IMG/VR virus record: IMGVR_UViG_3300028384_001500
Coordinates: 1-64,000 of that record
Strand: one strand, 5' to 3'
Length of the DNA: 64,000 bases
The notes beneath the pieces are model-generated. The model made no database searches and was not told the origin of the DNA. It saw nothing but the letters and a program-made list of their open reading frames with translations. Of the stretch, positions 1 to 6,344 are shown piece by piece; position 1 is the stretch's first letter; the number at the start of each line of letters is the position of its first letter. The translations under genes were made by a program, and so were the position numbers.

Positions 1-42
1 TCCCCTTATGTTTTTGTTATAACGTTTAATTGTTATGTTAAT

Positions 43-71
43 ATAATACCGCATGTTTTCCAGTATTACAT
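43..71 (-). promoter_or_regulatory. Class I promoter-like motif ATGTAA-N17-TATTAT
   Basis: Minus strand reads ATGTAA, exactly 17 nt, TATTAT, preceded by an A-tract; the same spacing recurs at six other intergenic sites. Confidence 0.55.
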
Positions 72-78
72 TTTTTAT

Positions 79-1254
79 TTAAAATTTATTAACCAGTTTA
101 AAAGTTCTTTTTGTATTGTAATTCATTACTTTACCGTATTGCATTCTCATAGTTGAGACGCAACTAATATAGTTGTTTGGGCTTTGTCCATCGTCTGAAT
201 AGTAATTAAACAGATCGATGATTGTTTTTAAACTTTCTATTCCTCCGCCCATGCCATAGTAACATTGGCTAGCCAACCACATTCTAATTCTATTTGGTGC
301 CCATTTTGACTCGATTAATCTTTTTAGTTCATTGTCAAGAATAGTGTTTCCTGTAGTCGCACTCAAAAACTGCTCTCTAGTAAACTTACCAGGAAAAGGA
401 GTAATTAAGTTATCATAAGACTTCTTGTCTAAAAGTCTTTCTGCCCATAACTCAACTGGATCTTTAAAAGACAAATCATTAATTCTTGTTTTTCTAATCG
501 ATATCTCTCTAAATGCCATTTGACGAAGAAACGGTACAATAGGGTGATCTTTCTGAATAAAACCAGGTAGCATATTAATTATTCCTGACAGTATTTCATT
601 GGCGTCAATTAGACCATGATGTAAGTATTTAGAAAATAGGGACGACCCTTCTTTATGATTTCGGAATTGATGATATTTTGGCAGTATCTGTTCAAATCGC
701 TTTTCTAATTTTGTTATTTCTTCTCTTAGGTTTTCTGCTTTTTCTTTATCTGGTTTAACTTTAGGTAGGTTTAATTTTATACCTTTTACGTTCTCGCAGT
801 TTAACTCTGTTGTACTTTTCTTGTTCTTTAACCAGTATACCCATCTACTTTTGGCAGTCATCTTAATACACTCTGGGTCATGACTGTCGGAGTCAATAGT
901 GGTCACATCCAACCCAGACATGTCAATCCATGACCCGGGACCGAAAAGAGGCATATCATAAAAAACTTCTTCGATATCGTTTTCTTTTAAAATATCGACT
1001 ATGATATCTTTGGGTCTGTCTGATTTAATTAGGAATAAATCTAATCCTAATTTGCTTTTTAAGTCAGAAGCAAATAAGTTTATTGCTTTTTTATGAAATT
1101 GACATGACCCTCTTTTCAATACTTCTCTTTCACTTGAAGAGAAATACCAGGGTGAAGGATATACTACAGCTAGTTTGTTATGCTTAGTTAGCGCTTTTTT
1201 AAAGAGTCTAGAATTAATTCTAAAACTATGACTGAGAACAATCAAACAACTCAT
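79..1254 (-). CDS. phrB: DNA photolyase/cryptochrome family protein (divergent)
   Basis: FAD-domain motifs SLFSKYLHHG, FLRQMAFRE, TGNTILD and NRIRMWLAS correspond to S.LSPYL.FG, RQL.WRE, TG.P.VD and NR.RM..AS. Confidence 0.75.
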   Translation of the reverse strand: MSCLIVLSHSFRINSRLFKKALTKHNKLAVVYPSPWYFSSSEREVLKRGSCQFHKKAINLFASDLKSKLGLDLFLIKSDRPKDIIVDILKENDIEEVFYDMPLFGPGSWIDMSGLDVTTIDSDSHDPECIKMTAKSRWVYWLKNKKSTTELNCENVKGIKLNLPKVKPDKEKAENLREEITKLEKRFEQILPKYHQFRNHKEGSSLFSKYLHHGLIDANEILSGIINMLPGFIQKDHPIVPFLRQMAFREISIRKTRINDLSFKDPVELWAERLLDKKSYDNLITPFPGKFTREQFLSATTGNTILDNELKRLIESKWAPNRIRMWLASQCYYGMGGGIESLKTIIDLFNYYSDDGQSPNNYISCVSTMRMQYGKVMNYNTKRTFKLVNKF

Positions 1255-1283
1255 TTGTTATCTCATAACTAGGGGTTTAAAAG

Positions 1284-1356
1284 TACATCCAGCAGGACTC
1301 GAACCTGCGACCACCTGATTAAAAGTCAGATGCTCTACCAACTGAGCTATGGATGC
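1284..1356 (-). tRNA. trnK: tRNA-Lys(UUU)
   Basis: Cloverleaf: acceptor GCATCCA/TGGATGT, anticodon loop CTTTTAA, T-loop TTCGAGT, A73; CCA not encoded. Confidence 0.95.
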
Positions 1357-1368
1357 TTAAATAAAAAA

Positions 1369-1440
1369 GATGTGATCGAGATCTTTCCTAACATCTCATA
1401 AAATAAAAGTGGGGACGAGGAGCGTATGCTCGATCACATC
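1369..1440. repeat. 12-bp perfect inverted repeat enclosing 48 nt
   Basis: gatgtgatcgag (1369-1380) and ctcgatcacatc (1429-1440), between tRNA genes. Confidence 0.7.
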
Positions 1441-1449
1441 AGAAAAAGC

Positions 1450-1552
1450 TGCGAGACTAGGGAGTCGAACCCTAAAAAGCCTAAGATAAATTGCAAACTC
1501 TATCTCAGCCCAGTTGATCCGATTTGTTTTACACCAAACTCAACTGTCTCGC
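1450..1552 (-). ncRNA. tRNA-like RNA with canonical acceptor/T-arm and two long non-canonical hairpins
   Basis: Acceptor GCGAGAC/GTCTCGC plus A discriminator; T-arm TAGGG-TTCGACT-CCCTA; D and anticodon arms replaced by AGTTGA..TCAACT and GGGCTGAGATAGA..TTTATCTTAGGCTT hairpins. Confidence 0.7.
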
Positions 1553-1557
1553 ATAAA

Positions 1558-1635
1558 TGGACGCGGGAGCCGGATTCGAACCGACGACCTCTGGGTTATG
1601 AGCCCAGCAAGCTGACCTGACTGCTCCATCCCGCA
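1558..1635 (-). tRNA. trnfM: Initiator tRNA-fMet(CAU)
   Basis: Loop CTCATAA, three G-C pairs in the anticodon stem (CTGGG/CCCAG), A11:U24, weak U1.G72 pair, encoded CCA; unusual U73 discriminator. Confidence 0.9.
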
Positions 1636-1645
1636 ATAAAAAGAA

Positions 1646-1930
1646 TGTATCATGAGGGACTCGAACCCCCGACCCGCTGCTTAGCGCACCACTACAATTT
1701 TCATTGCCAATTTTCATTGTTTGTAGTCCGGACTATCCCTCAACCATAGAATTAATTATTCCTTAGGCCACTCCCGTCTAGTCTCTACACCTTCATAATT
1801 TCTTATGCTTGGCTCGGGATTGCCATTTTAAAGGTTTCCCCGAATTTGAGAGTGTATGCAATGTGATGTTTCCACCACAAGGCTCCTTTATCTTAAAGGC
1901 AGCTGCTCTATCCATCTGAGCTAATGATAC
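1646..1930 (-). tRNA. trnR: tRNA-Arg(UCU), intron-containing (exons 1896-1930 and 1646-1684)
   Basis: Joined exons give acceptor GTATCAT/ATGATAC, stem GCTGC/GCAGC, loop CTT+CTAA = CUUCUAA, and A20 (Arg identity element). Confidence 0.88.
1685..1895 (-). mobile_element. Group I intron, IC3/trnL-like, 211 nt, no ORF
   Basis: GAGCCTT..GGAAAC start, CAAATTCGGGGAAACC, GGCAATCCCGAGCCAA, GGTGTAGAGACTA, GATAGTCC; P3 CACTCTC/GGGAGTG, P4 TCGGG/CCCGA, P7 GACTA/TAGTC; terminal G; P1 exon CUU paired with GAG. Confidence 0.88.
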
Positions 1931-1970
1931 ATATAATTTATAGCAATTTTAAAGATCTTGTTATAAGAAT

Positions 1971-1999
1971 ATTATAACTAACATTTTTTAGTATTACAT
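1971..1999 (-). promoter_or_regulatory. Class I promoter-like motif ATGTAA-N17-TATAAT upstream of tRNA-Arg
   Basis: Exact 17-nt spacer, A-tract upstream, about 40 nt before the tRNA 5' end. Confidence 0.65.
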
Positions 2000-2017
2000 T
2001 TTTTTATTTTATAATAA

Positions 2018-2108
2018 CAAGGGCGTGAGTCTCTAGCATATCATTAGATGATTACTAGCACACATGGGAACTCATCGTTTAAGATTGCCTGCCTGAGCAA
2101 TCCCCTCG
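2018..2108 (-). ncRNA. Candidate structured RNA downstream of tRNA-Leu
   Basis: Closing stem CGAGGG/CCCTTG, hairpin GATTGC/GCAATC, stem TGAGT/ACTCA enclosing CTAG/CTAG and ATCAT/ATGAT. Confidence 0.35.
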
Positions 2109-2120
2109 TATTCTATAAAG

Positions 2121-2204
2121 TGCCTCGGGCGGGACTTGAACCCGCACTCCCTATCGGAAACAAGATTTTAAGTCTTGCGTGTCTACCAATTCCACCACCA
2201 AGGC
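2121..2204 (-). tRNA. trnL: tRNA-Leu(UAA), intron-less
   Basis: Acceptor GCCTTGG/CCGAGGC, loop CTTAAAA, long variable arm, T-loop TTCAAGT, A73. Confidence 0.95.
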
Positions 2205-2255
2205 AAAGTGTATTTCAAAGAACTGTTAAATAACTGTTTAATTATTTATGTTTAT

Positions 2256-2284
2256 AATATAACCAGTGTTTACCAAGATTACAT
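2256..2284 (-). promoter_or_regulatory. Class I promoter-like motif ATGTAA-N17-TATATT upstream of tRNA-Leu
   Basis: Exact 17-nt spacer with upstream A-tract. Confidence 0.6.
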
Positions 2285-2287
2285 TTT

Positions 2288-2518
2288 TTATTTCATTTTT
2301 ATGCTTTCTTCTTTAATTTTGAATCTTTTTTTGTTTTCTTCTATCGTCCCTACATTAATAACGACTAACATTAATTGTTCATGAGGTAACTTTTCAATGA
2401 TAGTTGCCATTTCCCAGCCATTGCGATATGCTTCAAACGGTCCTTTTGCAAAGACTTCAATAAAGAACTTTTCATCGAGATTTTCTTTTTTGATATATCC
2501 GATTGTCCATGTATCCAT
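2288..2518 (-). CDS. Hypothetical protein
   Basis: 76-aa ORF filling the gap, GGGAGG-type RBS. Confidence 0.65.
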   Translation of the reverse strand: MDTWTIGYIKKENLDEKFFIEVFAKGPFEAYRNGWEMATIIEKLPHEQLMLVVINVGTIEENKKRFKIKEESIKMK

Positions 2519-2536
2519 TTCATTATGCCTCCCATT

Positions 2537-3292
2537 CTATACACCTGAACTACTCAGTCTAGCAACTTCATTAAATCCAGATCGATGAAGGCTTAGAAAG
2601 ACAATATGCCCACTGCCACCAAACCTGTTTTTCAATGCCAACAAAACACGACAGCCAACTAAGTCAGGATCTTTTTCTTCAACTGACAGATGAATGTGAC
2701 TGTCGACCATATGTTTAAGTTTATTTGATCCGGCCATCTTTCCGTCCTTGGTTACCTGACCAATGACAATGACATTCACAGCATGTTCTTTTGCATAATC
2801 AGTTAACATACCTAAAGCTCTTTCAGCAGTTTGTGTTGTTATTCTGCCGTTCTTAAAGCGTCCATCGTCCATGCATTGCAAAGAGTCGACAATTAAAAAG
2901 AAAGGCTTTTTTGGGTTTGCTTTTCTTATTTTGTCACAACCTTCAAGTAGCTTTGGGATATTATCTTCCCCGCCTACAGCAAACTTATGTCTAAGTTTGA
3001 GTCTATCAACTGTCATTTTAATTTGAAATAGACTCTCTTCAGCTGTGTTAAAAACTGCCATAGCTCCATTACCTTGTAAAGCATTCGCAAGTGTAAGCAT
3101 CATTGTTGTCTTTCCAGCACCAGGTGTCCCTGTAAATAGAGACACCATTGAAGGTGTAAAACCTTCTCCTCCTAAAATACAGTCAAAAAAGTCTAGACCA
3201 GTAGGAACCTTCTTTTTAAGAACATCAGGGACTTTAATGTCCTGAATATTTGTTCCAAAAGGAACATCTTCAATTTTAACTTTTAATTTCAT
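2537..3292 (-). CDS. radA: RadA/Sms-like RecA-fold ATPase (ATPase domain only)
   Basis: Walker A GTPGAGKTT, Walker B LIVDSLQ, KNRFG signature; no zinc finger or Lon-like domain. Confidence 0.75.
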   Translation of the reverse strand: MKLKVKIEDVPFGTNIQDIKVPDVLKKKVPTGLDFFDCILGGEGFTPSMVSLFTGTPGAGKTTMMLTLANALQGNGAMAVFNTAEESLFQIKMTVDRLKLRHKFAVGGEDNIPKLLEGCDKIRKANPKKPFFLIVDSLQCMDDGRFKNGRITTQTAERALGMLTDYAKEHAVNVIVIGQVTKDGKMAGSNKLKHMVDSHIHLSVEEKDPDLVGCRVLLALKNRFGGSGHIVFLSLHRSGFNEVARLSSSGV

Positions 3293-3320
3293 TTCTTTCT
3301 CCCCAACACTTTATAATTAT

Positions 3321-3923
3321 CTAGCCGCCAATAAAACCTTTCTTTTCGGCAAACCAAGAAGGAACACGAAATGTAATCGTTTCAGACACATCACCTTTTT
3401 TTGAAGGATCGGGAGCAAGCGAAGAGGACATAAATAATTTTATATCATGATCGTGAACCATTTCTTTGTTAACCCATATCTTCTCGTCGCCACCAACTTT
3501 TTTAAGTAGCACAGCACTATTGTCTTTTGACGTTAAGACTGGATGACCGGTATAGTCATAAAGATGCGATCCAAAAACTGGGACGTATGTTTTGTCCATC
3601 CACGCAAGCTTACCCTTCTCAAACTTGTCAATAAGCATTCTTTGAGAGTCTGATACACTATCATCATTTCTGTATTGGAAATCTTTATTTGACACGACTA
3701 ACTCTACACAGTTGTCTGTTGTGTAATACTGCTCACCTAATTGATCAACCATGAACAGCTTACATGTACCAAAGTTGTTGACAAAGACAGAAGTAACCAG
3801 GTACATTGAGTCAACTTCAGCTTTGTTAAGAAAGTGTTTTGATCTTGTCTTTTTTGTGCAAATGACAATATCATTTTTTTGAAAACTCTTGATATCGTTT
3901 TCATTAAAAAAGGATCCTAGCAT
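3321..3923 (-). CDS. Hypothetical protein
   Basis: 200-aa ORF with GAGG RBS, collinear with neighbours. Confidence 0.7.
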   Translation of the reverse strand: MLGSFFNENDIKSFQKNDIVICTKKTRSKHFLNKAEVDSMYLVTSVFVNNFGTCKLFMVDQLGEQYYTTDNCVELVVSNKDFQYRNDDSVSDSQRMLIDKFEKGKLAWMDKTYVPVFGSHLYDYTGHPVLTSKDNSAVLLKKVGGDEKIWVNKEMVHDHDIKLFMSSSLAPDPSKKGDVSETITFRVPSWFAEKKGFIGG

Positions 3924-3932
3924 TTATGTGCC

Positions 3933-4376
3933 TCACATTATCCAGGGTTTATAAGAGTCAGAGTTATCGCCCACTAATTTTTCAATCGGTATGTCATTAG
4001 CATTGTTTGCTAATTTACCTGTGGCGATAGCGTATGTTTTTGTAAATGTCACGATGCCATGGCATGCTTGTGCCAAGATTGTTCTACATTCTACAGCAGA
4101 AAATTCTGAAGAAAAGTATTCGTCGCCTTCATTAAAAGCAGTTAAAATAATAATCTTTCCGTCTTTATATTTAACTTGACACATTTCAGTTTTCATCCCA
4201 GCATGAATAAACACACCTTCCTCAGTTAAGTCAGCAACGAAGTCATTATCATCTGAATTTACGTAGAATGAAAATGCTGAATAGAATTCTTGTTTTTCTT
4301 GTTCAGAAAGTTCTAGCGGAAAGCCTTCCGTAATAAATTCAATGAATTCATTTTTTGAAATTGTAATGGTATCCAT
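3933..4376 (-). CDS. Hypothetical protein (start reassigned to MDTITI)
   Basis: ATG at 4376 follows AAAGGA RBS and a class I promoter motif. Confidence 0.7.
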   Translation of the reverse strand: MDTITISKNEFIEFITEGFPLELSEQEKQEFYSAFSFYVNSDDNDFVADLTEEGVFIHAGMKTEMCQVKYKDGKIIILTAFNEGDEYFSSEFSAVECRTILAQACHGIVTFTKTYAIATGKLANNANDIPIEKLVGDNSDSYKPWIM

Positions 4377-4406
4377 TTGTTTTCCTTTGTTTTGGGTTAT
4401 GTGTTT

Positions 4407-4435
4407 AGTATACCAGGATGAAAATAGAATTACAC
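4407..4435 (-). promoter_or_regulatory. Class I promoter-like motif GTGTAA-N17-TATACT
   Basis: Exact 17-nt spacer, about 30 nt upstream of the 4376 start. Confidence 0.65.
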
Positions 4436-4437
4436 TT

Positions 4438-5016
4438 TTAGCTTTTAATTGTATTACTAATAATGTGGTAGAAGACTTGCCTGCAATCTTCGACGTCTTT
4501 ACCTGCTGTATGTGCACCTTCTGAATCGATTTCTAAGTGTTCACGAAGTGTGTCTAAATTTTGTCGATCTGTTGGTAAGAATAGATATGAAAGAGCGCAT
4601 GTATCAATTTTTGGATATCCAAAACTGTATGTCTTATCAGACTCTTTTGCATCTCTCGTCCACTTCTTATAGCCGTATCTCTGGAATACTGCTGTTAAAT
4701 GATCTAGATCAAAGTCAATGTTATGTGCAATAATAGGACCAAAGCGAAGCTTCTTAGCAATAGTTTCAGCAACTTCTTCAAATGTAGGAGCATCTTCCCA
4801 ATCAGCTTCGTTGTAGCCGCAAATCTTAAGTGCTTCTTCGGATGCGAACTCTAGTTCTACCGGGCGAGGCTTAATCTTTGTAGTCCACTTATCTGTGTTG
4901 CCACTTTCCCAGTCAGTAATAATAGATATCTCTAAAATTGCAGACCTGGAAGAGTCTAAGTGTGTTGTTTCGATATCAAAAAATGTTGTTGCTTTTGCGT
5001 TTGTAAAGTTTCCCAT
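4438..5016 (-). CDS. DEDDh 3'-5' exonuclease (DnaQ/epsilon-like)
   Basis: ExoI FFDIETT, ExoII HNIDFD, ExoIII HTAGKDVED; start at MGNFT after AGGAG. Confidence 0.85.
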   Translation of the reverse strand: MGNFTNAKATTFFDIETTHLDSSRSAILEISIITDWESGNTDKWTTKIKPRPVELEFASEEALKICGYNEADWEDAPTFEEVAETIAKKLRFGPIIAHNIDFDLDHLTAVFQRYGYKKWTRDAKESDKTYSFGYPKIDTCALSYLFLPTDRQNLDTLREHLEIDSEGAHTAGKDVEDCRQVFYHIISNTIKS

Positions 5017-5024
5017 TATCTCTC

Positions 5025-5315
5025 CTAATCTGAGTAATCGCAATCGTCGTAATCATAAACAGTTGGTTCTTCTGAATCTCCATCATAAAAACCATCCCAT
5101 ACATTATTAAGGTCATCTTCTAAATCATTATTGACTTCTCGTTGGATTTTTCTAAAGATCTCATGTGCTGACATTCTTTCAAACTCAAACACATTATTTC
5201 CAAAGTCATTTTTGATTCTAAAGTTTCCTTGGTCATCTTTTTCTAAGATAACAGTCTCTACATCTCCGTCAGGAGTTGATGCATTATATCTTCCTATTTC
5301 TGCCCAATTCATCAC
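5025..5315 (-). CDS. Hypothetical acidic protein
   Basis: ORF with overlapping stop/start to the upstream gene. Confidence 0.6.
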   Translation of the reverse strand: MMNWAEIGRYNASTPDGDVETVILEKDDQGNFRIKNDFGNNVFEFERMSAHEIFRKIQREVNNDLEDDLNNVWDGFYDGDSEEPTVYDYDDCDYSD

Positions 5316-5494
5316 ATATCTCCAAAAAGTAGTTTAAGTTTAATAAACTCTTTAGGCGTACAAGATACGACGACGTTACCGTTTTTCTTCAAAGCAACAA
5401 ATTTATGACCACCAATTGATGTTTTCTCAATGGTAATTTCATGCTTTCTGTTACCGTAACCTTTTACATTCACAGACTTTCTATCTATGTTCAT
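5312..5494 (-). CDS. Hypothetical protein
   Basis: ATGA-coupled 60-aa ORF. Confidence 0.6.
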   Translation of the reverse strand: MNIDRKSVNVKGYGNRKHEITIEKTSIGGHKFVALKKNGNVVVSCTPKEFIKLKLLFGDM

Positions 5495-5721
5495 CGAATA
5501 GCCCCTTCCAATTGTTCAACAATATTGTCAAGTTGAACAATTTCATCTCCTAATTGTGTTCTAATTTTAGCAACCTGAATTGCTTTACGAATAACTTTAG
5601 GTGAAATACCATGTTGATCTTTAAGATCTTCAATTAAAATCTTTTTATCCTCTTGAAGTAGTTTAATTTCTTCTTCAATAGCTTTGTATTTGTCGATAAA
5701 TTGTTTTAGTTCATCTGTCAT
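5491..5721 (-). CDS. GapR/DUF2312-like dsDNA-binding protein
   Basis: ELKQFIDKYKAIEEEIKLLQEDKKILIEDLK..GISPKVIRKAI fits the GapR pattern; AAGGAG RBS. Confidence 0.6.
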   Translation of the reverse strand: MTDELKQFIDKYKAIEEEIKLLQEDKKILIEDLKDQHGISPKVIRKAIQVAKIRTQLGDEIVQLDNIVEQLEGAIR

Positions 5722-5750
5722 GTCTGACTCCTTTGTTATATTGTTTTTCT

Positions 5751-5779
5751 ATATTATTCTTATTTTGGTTTATTTACAA
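5751..5779 (-). promoter_or_regulatory. Class I promoter-like motif TTGTAA-N17-TAATAT
   Basis: Exact 17-nt spacer upstream of the GapR-like gene. Confidence 0.6.
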
Positions 5780-5792
5780 CAGTATTTATTAT

Positions 5793-5984
5793 TTATTCGT
5801 TTGGATATCTGCTAGCTAATTGAATTTGTGCGCCTCTTAGCCTGATTATTTTTCCACAATACAATATCGACCCTAGCTTCTGGGATTTGTCATATTTTAT
5901 TAGCAGGCCGATTTTCCACGGCTCTCGATCTTCAAATCTAACACCTACTAAATATTTAAATCTAACAAGGTCACCTGCTTTCAT
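5793..5984 (-). CDS. Small MKxGDLV-family (KOW/SH3-like) protein
   Basis: MKAGDLVRF..IGLLI; ATGA overlap with its paralog. Confidence 0.65.
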   Translation of the reverse strand: MKAGDLVRFKYLVGVRFEDREPWKIGLLIKYDKSQKLGSILYCGKIIRLRGAQIQLASRYPNE

Positions 5985-6166
5985 TCTACTAACTCTATTT
6001 CTGTTGGGCAGCTATGTATGATATTGCCACAAGACAAGAGTATGTGCCAACTGTTTTCTGGAATTGGCATTGGCTTTAGAAGTATTCCAATAGAGTACTC
6101 GTTGTTTATGTTGTGAACACTTGAAGTTTTTGCAAAAGTCCACTTAACTAAGTCACCTGCTTTCAT
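5981..6166 (-). CDS. Small MKxGDLV-family protein
   Basis: MKAGDLVKW..IGILL; start at 6166 after GGAGGAG. Confidence 0.65.
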   Translation of the reverse strand: MKAGDLVKWTFAKTSSVHNINNEYSIGILLKPMPIPENSWHILLSCGNIIHSCPTEIELVE

Positions 6167-6342
6167 TGCTCCTCCCATTCATTCTTGACAATTATAAATT
6201 CGTTTGGATAATGACTTGAAAGCTGACCGGTACTCCACATAATCATGTACAGACGATTAAGCGGGCGTATTACGTCGACAATTATTCCAACACAACCAGC
6301 TATCTTATCGGAATAACCTGATACTAAATTACCTACTTTCAT
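6163..6342 (-). CDS. Small MKxGNLV-family protein, 59 aa (absent from the ORF track)
   Basis: Translated by hand: MKVGNLVSGYSDKIAGCVGIIVDV...NEWEEQ*; AAGGAG RBS; ATGA overlap with the next gene. Confidence 0.65.
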   Translation of the reverse strand: MKVGNLVSGYSDKIAGCVGIIVDVIRPLNRLYMIMWSTGQLSSHYPNEFIIVKNEWEEQ

Positions 6343-6344
6343 AT

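Noticed and set aside
2018-2108. Pistol or hammerhead ribozyme
   Set aside because: The hairpin-UUAAA layout is superficially pistol-like, but the loop-to-linker pseudoknot cannot form, and the hammerhead CUGANGA/GAAA core is absent.
1426-2233. ORFs 1426-1620, 1529-1717 and 2048-2233
   Set aside because: They are translations across tRNA genes and the intron, with no RBS or protein-like features.
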